Numbered from the stretch's first letter, positions 26,994-36,657 are shown. The stretch: DNA of 64,000 bases from an uncultured Bacteroidales bacterium (GCA_903916595.1 CAIWXI010000049.1:23396-87395); one strand, 5' to 3'. Program-made: numbers and translations. Notes: generated by a model from the letters alone, not told the origin.

Positions 26994-27493
26994 TGAAAAA
27001 GATACTGCCGGTAATTCTTCTTTTTGCAATGCTTTTCAACACGGCCGGTTATTTTATTGTTTACGAATTCAACCGCTACCTGATTCGCCGGGAATTTACC
27101 AGCCTGATCCGGCATGGCTGTTTTGACCGGGATATTACTGTGATTTCGATTTACAATCCTGGTGCAGACCCTGCATTCCGCCGCGTGGAAGATCATGAGA
27201 TCGTTTACCACGGCAACCTGTACGATGTTGCAAAGGAAGTTCATAAAGGGAAAACCGTTGTTTTTTACTGTATCCATGACCAGAAAGAACAGCAGCTTAT
27301 TGCAGGCATGAAAAGAACCCATCAGAATAAAAAAGCCCTTAATCTTCTTCAGCATCTTGTAACGATCGCTTTGCCTGCTGCAAGCCCGGGTACTCATCCG
27401 CAGCAAACAAAAACATTATCCTACCCCTTATTGAGCGAGCATTATACCGGTAACACGGTAATCCCATTCGCTCCCCCTCCTGAGAATACCTGA
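26990..27493 (+). CDS. hypothetical membrane-anchored protein
   Basis: ATGA stop/start overlap with the upstream gene and an N-terminal TM helix (ILPVILLFAMLFNTAGYFIVY). A family-like core (EIVYHGNLYDV...VVFYCIHDQKE) is seen by recollection next to TonB-dependent receptors. Preferred over the antisense ORF 26840..27406. Confidence 0.55.
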   Translation: MMKKILPVILLFAMLFNTAGYFIVYEFNRYLIRREFTSLIRHGCFDRDITVISIYNPGADPAFRRVEDHEIVYHGNLYDVAKEVHKGKTVVFYCIHDQKEQQLIAGMKRTHQNKKALNLLQHLVTIALPAASPGTHPQQTKTLSYPLLSEHYTGNTVIPFAPPPENT

Positions 27494-27625
27494 GTCTTAC
27501 ATTCCCTTCGCGGTTTGATTTTATAACCTTTCCGATGCTGTTAAATGCTTCCGGAAAGGGAATTGAATTTTTCCCGGGGAAATCATGGCTGATTCTTTTA
27601 CTAATACCTATCTAAAAACAAACAA

Positions 27626-29797
27626 ATGAAAACAAGGCTTATGATAAGCTTGTTCCTATTGACTGCGCTTGCATTCAGAGGGACAGGACAGAACAACGAC
27701 AACAAGGCAGTGGTTCGCGACACGATCAAGCTCGACGAAGTGGTGGTGCAGGCCATGCGCTCGCTTACTCCTATGAAGGAGCTGCCGGCAGCGATTTCGG
27801 TGATCTCGCAGGGGCAGCTGCTCGAATTCAGCAAGACCATTGCTCCCGACGAGGCTTTGCGCCTGGTTCCCGGGGTAAAAGTCGAAAACGGGACCGACGG
27901 TTCCAGGGTTCATCTGTATATCCGCGGACAGGGCATTTTATCGGAGAGCGGGTTCAGGGGGATACAGGTGCTGATCGACGGTATTCCCGTGAATGACCCG
28001 GGAGGATATTGCCCCGACCTGTATGATGTGGACTGGGGAGTGGTGAAGAAAGTCGAGGTGGTTCGCGGGCTGGCGGCTTCCTTGTATGGAGCCAATGCCA
28101 CCGGGGGTATCATCAACATTATAAGCGGTAACGGCGGAGCGAAACCCGTTAACACTACTCTATCTTTTTCGGCCGGTTCGTATGGGTTCTGGAAAGCGCT
28201 GGGACAGGTTGACGGGACCAGCGACAAGATCGATTACAGGGTTTCGTACTCCCATACCCAGGGACACGGATACCGTGCACACCAGTCGTTCATGTCGGAT
28301 AACTTCAGTGAAAAAGTGAATTGGACTCCCACGAATAAAATAAAGATCACTCAGCTGCTCACTTATACGGGGTATTTTAACCAGAACTCCGAAGGGATTA
28401 ACATGTACCGTTACGAGACTTTCGGCCCCAGGGCAGCAAATACCGATGCCGTACCTTACAATGAGTTTCAGACAACCAACAGGCTTACCGGTGCCCTGCT
28501 GGGGAAGTTCGACATCACGAAAAACCAGGACCTTCAGGTTAAAGCTTTCTTCAGGACCAACAGTTACCGGGAGACTTCGAACAACGGCGACGACTACAAG
28601 CCCTATCTCACTATGGGGGCTTCAGGCCAGTATGATCTTAACTTCGGCAAAGAGAACCTGAGAAACCATTTCAGTGTTGGCGTTGATTACCAGACTCAGA
28701 CTGTTACTGAGCATATGTTCGCTGTTCCTCCCGGGAACCAGAGAGATTCGAACAGGGTAGACTCGTACTGGAGCCGGCAGTGCTTTGACCAGAGCACTAT
28801 ACTCATCAACCAGATCATCAATCAGCAGAGCCTCGGAGTGTTCCTGATCGACAAGCTGGATATCGCACGCAAGCTTTATGCCCTGCTGAACCTTCGTTAC
28901 GATTATGTTTACAGCAGTCTGCAGAATAACATCCCGGTTCCCGATTCCTTATCCCCATCGGGCAACAGGACCTTTCAGAAGCCGACCTGGCGTATCGGGC
29001 TGGCCTATGATATTTTCAGGGCCTTTAATATTTACGCCAATTACGGGACCGGTTTCCTTACACCTTCGAATGATGAGCTGTACAACAATCCTCAGGCCTA
29101 CGGAGGGTTTAACAACCTCATCAAGCCCACCACATCACAGGGATTTGAATTCGGAGCCAGGGGTGATGTAGGAAATTTCCTGCATTATGATGTGACGGCT
29201 TATGACATTTTTTCTGATAATGAATTCTACCGTTACAGCATTGCCTCAAGGGGCAATAACACGGCATTTTTCGGGAATATGGGAAAAAGTACCAAATGGG
29301 GCATTGAGACTTTCGTGTCGTACTCTCCGGTAAAGAATATCATGATCGATGCGGCATACACCTATTCACATTTCACTTATACCTCACCTGATTCGGTGGC
29401 CGGTCATTTTATGCCAAATTCGCCCGAGAATATGCTATACGCTGAAGTTTCTTACAGTTTTCTGAAGCATTTCAAAGTCGCCGTGGCTTCCCAGTGGCAG
29501 TCGAAATTCTGTATCCAGGTCGACGATTCGATCTATAATCATTATACGATCGGCAAGACCTATTACCAGCCGGGAAGCGTGCAGAGCTCATGGGTAAAGG
29601 GGTACAACATCTTCAATCTCGATATGCATTATGCCTGGAAGCTGGGCTGGCTGAGGGGAGACCTGAGCCTGTACGTTAAGAATGTTTTCGACACACAGTA
29701 TTTCGGGTTTACCGAACCCAATAACGGACCGGATTACAATTCATACCAGCCGGCTCCGGGAAGGGAATTCTTTGTGAACCTGAGGTTAAACTTATAA
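27626..29797 (+). CDS. TonB-dependent receptor
   Basis: Signal peptide, plug domain (DEVVVQA..., PGVKVENGTDGSRVHLYIRGQG), long beta-barrel with aromatic-rich strands and a C-terminal barrel-closing strand (REFFVNLRLNL). Confidence 0.85.
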   Translation: MKTRLMISLFLLTALAFRGTGQNNDNKAVVRDTIKLDEVVVQAMRSLTPMKELPAAISVISQGQLLEFSKTIAPDEALRLVPGVKVENGTDGSRVHLYIRGQGILSESGFRGIQVLIDGIPVNDPGGYCPDLYDVDWGVVKKVEVVRGLAASLYGANATGGIINIISGNGGAKPVNTTLSFSAGSYGFWKALGQVDGTSDKIDYRVSYSHTQGHGYRAHQSFMSDNFSEKVNWTPTNKIKITQLLTYTGYFNQNSEGINMYRYETFGPRAANTDAVPYNEFQTTNRLTGALLGKFDITKNQDLQVKAFFRTNSYRETSNNGDDYKPYLTMGASGQYDLNFGKENLRNHFSVGVDYQTQTVTEHMFAVPPGNQRDSNRVDSYWSRQCFDQSTILINQIINQQSLGVFLIDKLDIARKLYALLNLRYDYVYSSLQNNIPVPDSLSPSGNRTFQKPTWRIGLAYDIFRAFNIYANYGTGFLTPSNDELYNNPQAYGGFNNLIKPTTSQGFEFGARGDVGNFLHYDVTAYDIFSDNEFYRYSIASRGNNTAFFGNMGKSTKWGIETFVSYSPVKNIMIDAAYTYSHFTYTSPDSVAGHFMPNSPENMLYAEVSYSFLKHFKVAVASQWQSKFCIQVDDSIYNHYTIGKTYYQPGSVQSSWVKGYNIFNLDMHYAWKLGWLRGDLSLYVKNVFDTQYFGFTEPNNGPDYNSYQPAPGREFFVNLRLNL

Positions 29798-30724
29798 GAA
29801 GAAAATCGCAACTCCTCCAACAGCGAGTAAAGCTCCAATGAATTCTTTTAGGGTAATTTTTTCCTTGTAGAGTATCATTGACGCTGGGATGATCAGCACC
29901 GGGACTATAGCCATGATGGTTGAAGCTACACCTGTACTGGCGTATCTGATGGCGATCAGGGAGAAGGAGACCCCCAGGAAAGGCCCGAAGAAAGCGCCGA
30001 TGGAGAGCAGGATCATCGGTTTTACCTGGACTACGCCGCGCATCACATCTTTCCATTTGCCCATGAACGAATAGATCAGGGCGAAGCCTGCTGTCCCGGC
30101 CATCACCCTGATCTGGGTGGAGGCAAAGGTGTCGAGGCCCTGCATACCTATTTTACTCAGAACCAGTCCTAAAGACTGGCCCAGGGCCCCTCCGAAAGCC
30201 AGCAGCAAACCCCAAACGGGATAGGAAAATTTCAGGACGTTCCGCACTCCGCCCTTAGTGTTGTTGCCATTACGGCGCAGCACCACGAGTGCAATACCAT
30301 TCATTGTCACGGCCATTCCGATCCAGCTCATAAGGCTCAGCTTTTCTCCGAGTGCCAGCCATGCGAAAAGAGCTGCCATAGGCGGCGCCAGCGCCATCAT
30401 CAGCATTGAGACTCTTGCGCCAATGAGCACGAATGAACGGAACAGGCATAGATCGCCGAAGGTAAACCCGATGAGTCCCGACAGGGAAAGCCAGAGCCAG
30501 TTATGCAGGCCGGCATCGGTGGGAAAGAGATATCCGCGGTAAAAAAAAACAAAGATGCTGAGGAAAGTAAAGCCTACGATCAGCCTCAGTATATTGACTA
30601 CCATAGAGCCAATTTTGCGGCTTGCAGCTTCAAAAGTCAGAGCGGTGACAGTCCAGAAAAAGGCAGTAAGCAGGGCGGCAAATTCTCCGGTATGGCGCAT
30701 AAATAAAGATTTAATGACCGGCAA
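29792..30724 (-). CDS. DMT superfamily (EamA-like) transporter
   Basis: About 10 hydrophobic helices in two EamA-like halves. The start may instead be the internal ATG at ~30700 (MRHTGEF...), which removes the 14-nt overlap with the upstream gene. Contains a T9 run (30541-30549). Confidence 0.75.
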   Translation of the reverse strand: MPVIKSLFMRHTGEFAALLTAFFWTVTALTFEAASRKIGSMVVNILRLIVGFTFLSIFVFFYRGYLFPTDAGLHNWLWLSLSGLIGFTFGDLCLFRSFVLIGARVSMLMMALAPPMAALFAWLALGEKLSLMSWIGMAVTMNGIALVVLRRNGNNTKGGVRNVLKFSYPVWGLLLAFGGALGQSLGLVLSKIGMQGLDTFASTQIRVMAGTAGFALIYSFMGKWKDVMRGVVQVKPMILLSIGAFFGPFLGVSFSLIAIRYASTGVASTIMAIVPVLIIPASMILYKEKITLKEFIGALLAVGGVAIFFL

Positions 30725-31985
30725 GCCAGCTTTCGGGGTTCTGTATCATCTTGCCTTTCCATATCTCGAAATGCAGTTCTGTCTTCTGTTCATCGGCATT
30801 CGTATGGACTTTCCCTATAGGCTGCCGGGTTGTAACTTCCTGGCCTTCCTTTACGTTAACTACTTCGAGGTTTGAATACACGCTAAGGTATTCTCCGTGC
30901 CTGACGATGACCACATTGTTCAGGTTAGGGAACGACATGATTTTACTGACTTTCCCGTTAAAGACCGCTTTCACCAGGGAGTTTGGCTGGGTGGTGATAT
31001 CCACTCCATTATTTTTAATTTTTACCCGTTCAAGAACAGGGTGAGGGTGTTCACCGAAGGTACCTGAGATGAAACCCTTGTCGCAGGGCCAGGGCAGCCT
31101 TCCCCTGTTTGAAGCAAAGGAACTGGAAAGGGTACGTTCAGAAGGCGTCATTTCATAGGTAGCCGGACCCTGAATGATATGACCCGCAGGCTTCTTCTCT
31201 CCACCTTCGGTAGTACGCATCCGTTCCTCCGAAGCCCTGATTTCGGCAGCGATAAGTCTCTCGATCTCGTATTGCAGCCTGGCCGCAGCCTGCTGCTTGG
31301 TTTTGAGGGTGGAAACCAGTTGTTTCTCCTTGCCCGAAAGTTCTTTGACCGTGTTTGCTTTTTCCTGTTTTTCGAGATCCAGCTTCACCTTTTCTTTTTG
31401 CTGGGTCTCAAACAGGCTGAGTTTTTCCTGTTTCTTTGCTTCCATGTCTTTTCTCTGACTGTCGATAACATGGGTCGTGTTTTCTATACGTTCGGCCTGT
31501 CGGCGTCTGGATTCCGAATATTGCTGGTAATACTTCATGCGTTGCCAGGCCTGGTTGAAATCGCGGGATGCAAAAATGAACATGAGCTTATTGCGGCCGT
31601 TCATGCCGCGATATGCGTGGTATATCATCCTGGCGTAATCATTTTTCAGGGCGTTGAGCTGCTTCGACATACGGTCGAGTTCAACATTTTCGACCTGGAT
31701 ATTCATGTCGATCTGCGAAAGCTCCCCGTTGATGGCAGCGATAAGAGCTTCGCGGCTGCGTATCCTCTGGTTCAGTATCTTCAGTTTCTCCATCGACACC
31801 TGCTTCGAAGCCTTGGTCTTTTCGAGCAGCTCGGTTGTATATCGAATCTCGTCTTCAAGCTGCTTTTTGGTCTTCTGCAGTTTCTCTTTATCTAATTGCC
31901 CCAATGCCGCAACAGAAAAAAGAAAGATCAGGATCAGTGGTAAACCGACAAGAATTGATTTCCGGCAGATATTCCTGATCCTCAT
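30711..31985 (-). CDS. M23 family peptidase with long N-terminal coiled coil (EnvC-like murein hydrolase activator)
   Basis: Signal peptide, ~250 aa of heptad-rich K/E/Q sequence and a C-terminal LytM/M23 domain (GVDITT...VVIVRHGEYLSVYSNL...GQEVTTRQPIGKV). Confidence 0.8.
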   Translation of the reverse strand: MRIRNICRKSILVGLPLILIFLFSVAALGQLDKEKLQKTKKQLEDEIRYTTELLEKTKASKQVSMEKLKILNQRIRSREALIAAINGELSQIDMNIQVENVELDRMSKQLNALKNDYARMIYHAYRGMNGRNKLMFIFASRDFNQAWQRMKYYQQYSESRRRQAERIENTTHVIDSQRKDMEAKKQEKLSLFETQQKEKVKLDLEKQEKANTVKELSGKEKQLVSTLKTKQQAAARLQYEIERLIAAEIRASEERMRTTEGGEKKPAGHIIQGPATYEMTPSERTLSSSFASNRGRLPWPCDKGFISGTFGEHPHPVLERVKIKNNGVDITTQPNSLVKAVFNGKVSKIMSFPNLNNVVIVRHGEYLSVYSNLEVVNVKEGQEVTTRQPIGKVHTNADEQKTELHFEIWKGKMIQNPESWLAGH

Positions 31986-32003
31986 TCTGTTTGAATAAAT
32001 TAT

Positions 32004-32846
32004 TTATTGAAGCTGTGTATATCCCGAAGGGATCCTGAAAGGGAACTGAAGGGGCACATCCACACTGATTTTTGAAAAGGAGGCCTTGACCTTGATCGTA
32101 TTATCAGCCCGTATAGTCACATTGAGGTTTTTGGGGAAAAGCTGTCCGCCGATATTCTCAAATTCACCATAACTTGCCTCCAGTTTGATCATTTCGTTTG
32201 AAATCTCCTTAACATCAGCTTCGGTGATCTTAAAAGTTTCCGAATCAAGCCATATATTCTGGATGAATGCCCTGACACTTTCGCGGCTGTCCTTCACATA
32301 TTTTTTAAGCTTTGTACGAGCCGCTGTAGAAAGTTTGTAGCTGTTATTGTCGATACTGGCCCTGAATTTCCCGTCCTCGTAGAACTGCAGATCATTACCC
32401 AGCAGATAGGCCTGCAAAATATCAAAGTCAATATTGGTTTTAAGAAACCGATTCACGGCTTCATAATTTCCGACATAATACGTGTTGCTGAGTTTGTTGA
32501 TCATCTTTACCGAATCCTGGGTGATGATCAGTCGTACCGCTTCAATACCCAGTCCGGGAGTGAGCGAAAGCCATATCACGCTATCTTTTTTTATCCGTAG
32601 CTGCCCGTTAAAAGAGGTGCTTTTTTTCTGATTTTTGTATTCGGCCGAGAATTTGCCCATGAAATACGTGTATTTCAGCTCGTGCTCTTTAAGTTTTTTA
32701 AAGAGGTAGTCGGCTCCCTCTTCTTTGATAGGCGCTTTGATCGCCTTCCTTGCAGGGCTGCAGGACACCGCAATTAACATAAGCAAAATGGCAGGTACTG
32801 TGATGTATCCAATCGTAAAGCCACTGAAATTTTTCATTCTATTCAA
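32004..32846 (-). CDS. DUF4292-like (LolB-fold-like) lipoprotein
   Basis: Lipobox LIAVS-C. Its position between the TPR gene and the M23 gene matches the conserved Bacteroidota arrangement (recollection). The start could be the ATG 9 nt downstream. Confidence 0.6.
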   Translation of the reverse strand: MNRMKNFSGFTIGYITVPAILLMLIAVSCSPARKAIKAPIKEEGADYLFKKLKEHELKYTYFMGKFSAEYKNQKKSTSFNGQLRIKKDSVIWLSLTPGLGIEAVRLIITQDSVKMINKLSNTYYVGNYEAVNRFLKTNIDFDILQAYLLGNDLQFYEDGKFRASIDNNSYKLSTAARTKLKKYVKDSRESVRAFIQNIWLDSETFKITEADVKEISNEMIKLEASYGEFENIGGQLFPKNLNVTIRADNTIKVKASFSKISVDVPLQFPFRIPSGYTQLQ

Positions 32847-34533
32847 TTAATTTTTTTTCATTTATTTTCCTGGTCAGAAATTCCGACCCCTCTCCCTTTG
32901 TTTTGGCTTTGTTCCAGTACTCCAGGGCCTTTTCAGGTTCACCAAGTTTGTACAGCACATCTCCGTAGTGTTCGAGCACTTCGCTACTTACATTCTCCCG
33001 GTCTTCGAGGGCCTTTTCGATCCACTTCTTCGCCTCGTCCATTTTTCCCAGCTTATAAAGCACCCAGCCATAGGTATCTTCGAAGGAAGAATTTGCCGTA
33101 TCAAGTTCATTCGCCTTCAGAGCCATTTTCTCAGCCTTTTCGAGATCCTGACCCCTCACAGAAAGGTAATAGGCATAGTTGTTCAGGACATAGGGATTGT
33201 TCTCTTTGGCTTTTAATGATTTATCGTAGGCCTTATCCGATTCCCCTGCATTTTTCAGAGAATGCCAGGCATCGCCCAGATACATATAGAACTGCGATAA
33301 AAAATCATCGTTATTAACTACCAGCCTTACTCCCCTGTCGAGTATCTTAACGGCCTCTTCATATTTTTTCATCTGGATGGCGCTGAGGCCATTGAACAGG
33401 TAAAGCACACTCTGTTCAGGAAAAAGTTCAATGGCTTTCCGGCTAAGATCGTAAACGGTCTGGTATTCGTTAAGCTGAAGTTCCAGGCGTAACAACTCCT
33501 CCCAGACAATGAACTTGCTTGAATCGAGACTGATCACTTTCATAAAAGCATCTTTTGCCTCAGCATACTTTTTATCCTGTGAAAGAAGGTCGCCATAGAT
33601 TGACCATGCCTTCGGATTGTCGGGATGAGCCGAGATCATGATCCGCGAAAGTTCAAAAGCCTGCTCCTTAAGCTGATCGTAGATCTGATTGATAGTATAG
33701 AATGATAGCAGGATAGTCACTTTGGTATCCACGTCAAGGTTTGGATTGGCAAAGCCCAGTTTGAGTTCCTCAAAAGCCTTTTCCTTATTCCCCGTTTTTC
33801 GGTAGTAATCGGCCAGAGACATGTGAATATAGGGGTCGCCGGGATTTTTCTCTGCAACTTTTTTATAAATTTCAAGAGCCTTGGCCTGCTGGTTATTCCC
33901 CATGTAAAATTCGGCCAGCATAGAGAGATAGCGGGAATCGTCGGGAAAAGCTTTGATCAGGTTTTTCAGTTCATTTTCGGCTTTTTCCAGGTTGCCCAGA
34001 TGGAGATATATCTTCTCCTTTTCAAGTGATATCTCCTCGTTGATCCCGGCCTTTTCCTCGATCACATCATAGGTCTTGGCCGCATTCTTTTCATCGCCAA
34101 CCATGAGGTATAAAGCGGCAAGCTGGAAACAGTAATCCAGTTCGCCGGGATATTTCTGAACCAGCTTTTCATAGATGCCAAGCGCTTCTTTCTCTTTCTT
34201 ACTAAGCTGGCATACTTCGGCAAAAAAAATCTGAAAATATTTATTTTCGGGATCAAGGCGGATGGCATCCTGCATCAGCTCATAGGCTTCTTTGTTATTC
34301 CCGCGGGCTGCATACAGTCTGGCCAGTTCAAATTTTCCGGCAGGATCGTCGGGATAGCGATCGATGTAGTAAGTGAACATCTGCCCGGCTTTTTCAGTAT
34401 TTCCCAGCAGAGCTTCCTTCTTGGCATCGATAAGCATAGCCGGATTCTCGTCTGCAACCACCTGTGGCGCACTAAACGAAGGAGATGCTATAAGTAAGAG
34501 TAGATATGCTATTATAAGTGTCTTGATGTTCAT
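32839..34533 (-). CDS. tetratricopeptide-repeat (TPR) protein, secreted
   Basis: Start moved to ATG 34533 (MNIKTLIIAYLLLLIASPSFSAP signal peptide). The 51 upstream codons of the track ORF are (CACCATTT)n repeat DNA. Many 34-aa TPR units (A..Y...G....A...Y..AL..DP). Confidence 0.8.
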   Translation of the reverse strand: MNIKTLIIAYLLLLIASPSFSAPQVVADENPAMLIDAKKEALLGNTEKAGQMFTYYIDRYPDDPAGKFELARLYAARGNNKEAYELMQDAIRLDPENKYFQIFFAEVCQLSKKEKEALGIYEKLVQKYPGELDYCFQLAALYLMVGDEKNAAKTYDVIEEKAGINEEISLEKEKIYLHLGNLEKAENELKNLIKAFPDDSRYLSMLAEFYMGNNQQAKALEIYKKVAEKNPGDPYIHMSLADYYRKTGNKEKAFEELKLGFANPNLDVDTKVTILLSFYTINQIYDQLKEQAFELSRIMISAHPDNPKAWSIYGDLLSQDKKYAEAKDAFMKVISLDSSKFIVWEELLRLELQLNEYQTVYDLSRKAIELFPEQSVLYLFNGLSAIQMKKYEEAVKILDRGVRLVVNNDDFLSQFYMYLGDAWHSLKNAGESDKAYDKSLKAKENNPYVLNNYAYYLSVRGQDLEKAEKMALKANELDTANSSFEDTYGWVLYKLGKMDEAKKWIEKALEDRENVSSEVLEHYGDVLYKLGEPEKALEYWNKAKTKGEGSEFLTRKINEKKLIE

Positions 34534-34555
34534 TCGGTTGTCTTTGTTCAATGCT

Positions 34556-34603
34556 AAATGGTGAAATGGTGAAATGGTGAAATGGTGAAATGGTGAAATG
34601 GTG
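34556..34603 (-). repeat. (ATTTCACC-phase) octamer x6 on the sense strand of the TPR gene, 22 nt upstream of its ATG
   Basis: The plus strand reads (AAATGGTG)x6. Confidence 0.95.
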
Positions 34604-34650
34604 TTCGGCGAAGCCGTAATGAACACAAATAAAATAGACAATTCGTGAAT

Positions 34651-34670
34651 AAATGGTGAAATGGTGAAAT
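34651..34670 (-). repeat. second octamer block x2.5, same orientation
   Basis: The plus strand reads AAATGGTGAAATGGTGAAAT. Lies 12 nt from the dut stop. Confidence 0.9.
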
Positions 34671-34682
34671 TCATTCCTTCTC

Positions 34683-35117
34683 TCATTTATGACCCGTTGA
34701 TCCAAATCCTCCTGCACCGCGGCTTGTTTCTTCGAGCTCTTCCACCTGCATCCATTCGGCCTGCTCATGGGCAGCGATGATCATCTGAGCGATCCGGTCG
34801 CCATCCTTCACTACGAAATCCTCATTGGATAGATTTACAAGAATTACTTTAACCTCTCCACGGTAATCGGCATCGATAGTGCCGGGAGTATTGAGCACTG
34901 TAACGCCTTTTTTAATAGCAAGCCCGCTGCGTGGCCTAACCTGGGCTTCGAATCCAGGAGGAATTTCGATAAATAATCCTGTAGATACCAAAGCTCTTCC
35001 GAGTGGTTTCAAAACGATATCCTGTGGAACAAACGCCCTCAGGTCCATCCCTGCTGAGGCAGAAGTTTCATAGGCCGGCAGGGGATGGTGGGAAGTGTTG
35101 ACAATCCTGATTTTCAT
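34683..35117 (-). CDS. dut: dUTP diphosphatase
   Basis: 144 aa. Motifs AGMDLRA and [28 protein letters not shown]-terminal [10 protein letters not shown]. Confidence 0.9.
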   Translation of the reverse strand: MKIRIVNTSHHPLPAYETSASAGMDLRAFVPQDIVLKPLGRALVSTGLFIEIPPGFEAQVRPRSGLAIKKGVTVLNTPGTIDADYRGEVKVILVNLSNEDFVVKDGDRIAQMIIAAHEQAEWMQVEELEETSRGAGGFGSTGHK

Positions 35118-35150
35118 AGGGAAATCTGATGTGCAAAGGTAACAAAAAAC

Positions 35151-36650
35151 TCAATTGGAGACCTTTACCCCACCTGGCTTTTCAAGAAAAAAGGCCGTCA
35201 GCAGAAAAACAGAAAGCAAGCCGGTGTGAAGGAGGATGCGGGATGCGGGATGCGGGATATTGGTATAAACGCTGATCAGATAGAGCAGAAGTGCAAGGCC
35301 GGCATAGCCCGCTGCTTTCCAGATCCTGTATGGAACCGGATAATATTTCTGTCCCAAAAGGTAAGCCACGACCATCATACTTCCATAGCAGATGAATGTG
35401 GCCCAGGCCGATCCGACATAACCATGGAGGAGGTGGCCGGGGCCCAGGGGGATCCACCAGAAATTCAGTGACAAAGTGATAACTGCACCCATCAGCGAGA
35501 GCCAGGCTCCCCAGATGGTTTTCCCGGTAAGCTTGTACCAGATCGAAAGGTTGTAGTATATGCCCAGGAAAATGTTGGCGAACATCAGAACAGGGATGAC
35601 CTCTTTGCCAACCCAGTATTTCTTGTCGATGAGATGCAGGAAAACATCATCCAGAAAAAGCATGGTCACCAGGAAGGTTGTAAGGACCGCAATGATGAAA
35701 TAATCCATGATCCTGGCGTAAGTCTGGCCTGAATCTTTTTCTTTGGCATGGGCAAAAAAGAAAGGTTCAGCGGCAAAGCGATAGGCCTGAACAAACAAGG
35801 TGATCAGAATGGATATTTTGTAACAGGCGCTGTAAATCCCAACCTGGGCTTCGCTAAGATCGGTCGAAAGCGGCAGCAGGTATCTCAGCATCAGCCTGTC
35901 GAGGGTTTCATTGACCATCCCGGCAAGTCCGGCAAACAACAAGGGAAACGCGTAAACCAGCATACGCTTCCACAGTTCGGTGTGCATCTTCCACTTCATG
36001 TTCACGATCATTGGAACAACGAGGGCGAGGGTAATGAAACTGGCGGCGACGTTTGCAATGAACACGTATTCTAATTCCCAATCGGGACGGTAAATCAGTC
36101 GCAGCATAGCATGCAGGGAAGGGAAGCTGTTCCACAGATACGGGCAAAGCAGAATAAAAAACAGGGTCAGTCCTATATTCGTGAAGATGTTGATCATTTT
36201 AAGGGTAGCGAAGCGGCCTGCCTTATTCTGTGAGCGCAGCCTTGCAAAAGGGATGGCGACCAGGGCGTCGAGCCCGAGAATCCATGCAAACCAGATCACG
36301 TATTTTGACTGACCGGGGTAATCGATCCATCCGGCAATGGTTCCCGAAAAAATGCTTGCAAGGAATATGAATGAACCTGAAGTAATCAGCAGCGAAAGCA
36401 TACCGGTGCTGAACACACTGTCTTTGTTTTCTTCCTTCTCGCTGAACCGGAAAAAAGCCGTCTCCATTCCATACGTAATCACCACCATGAGGAAGGAGGC
36501 ATAGGCATAAAACACACTGATAGTTCCGTACTGTGCCGGAGAAAAGACCCTGGTTAGCAGAATGACCATCAGGTATTGCAGAAACCGGCCCAGGATCGTG
36601 GGTATTCCGTAGACAGCGGTTTGAGAGGCAAGACGTCTGATTGATGACAT
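35151..36650 (-). CDS. oligosaccharide flippase family (Wzx/MOP superfamily) membrane protein
   Basis: 499 aa with ~14 TM helices. The N-terminus (RLASQTAVYGIPTILGRFLQYLMVILLTRVF) is typical of polysaccharide-biosynthesis flippases. The C-terminal loop contains a (GATGCGG)3 repeat. Confidence 0.75.
   Translation of the reverse strand: MSSIRRLASQTAVYGIPTILGRFLQYLMVILLTRVFSPAQYGTISVFYAYASFLMVVITYGMETAFFRFSEKEENKDSVFSTGMLSLLITSGSFIFLASIFSGTIAGWIDYPGQSKYVIWFAWILGLDALVAIPFARLRSQNKAGRFATLKMINIFTNIGLTLFFILLCPYLWNSFPSLHAMLRLIYRPDWELEYVFIANVAASFITLALVVPMIVNMKWKMHTELWKRMLVYAFPLLFAGLAGMVNETLDRLMLRYLLPLSTDLSEAQVGIYSACYKISILITLFVQAYRFAAEPFFFAHAKEKDSGQTYARIMDYFIIAVLTTFLVTMLFLDDVFLHLIDKKYWVGKEVIPVLMFANIFLGIYYNLSIWYKLTGKTIWGAWLSLMGAVITLSLNFWWIPLGPGHLLHGYVGSAWATFICYGSMMVVAYLLGQKYYPVPYRIWKAAGYAGLALLLYLISVYTNIPHPASRILLHTGLLSVFLLTAFFLEKPGGVKVSN
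35232..35259. repeat. (GATGCGG)x3-4 in frame near the flippase C-terminus
   Basis: GGAGGATGCGGGATGCGGGATGCGGGATAT. Encodes ...NIPHPASRILLH... on the minus strand. Confidence 0.9.
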
Positions 36651-36657
36651 TTTTTTT

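Noticed and set aside
26840-27406. 188-aa minus-strand ORF competing with 26990..27493(+).
   Set aside because: The plus-strand ORF has an ATGA coupling to the upstream gene and an N-terminal TM helix. The minus ORF has no start context, and its 3' end overlaps the 3' end of the BNR gene convergently.
27494-27625. Riboswitch (cobalamin, TPP or similar) upstream of the TonB-dependent receptor.
   Set aside because: It contains only one simple hairpin (CCTTTCCG…CGGAAAGG). None of the conserved cores I know (GCCACTG B12 box, CTGAGA/ACCTGA TPP) are present.
34534-34686. N-terminal extensions in the ORF track at 34534-34686 (TPR), 3421-3507 (mutY), 38754-38771 (metG), 23544-23567 (BNR), 46452-46502 (HK), 49241-49276 (ABC) and 63176-63232 (Wzt-like).
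   Set aside because: The extensions are encoded by repeat arrays or contain/overlap TAnnTTTG boxes or the upstream gene. Internal ATGs give proper signal peptides, lipoboxes or conserved N-termini.
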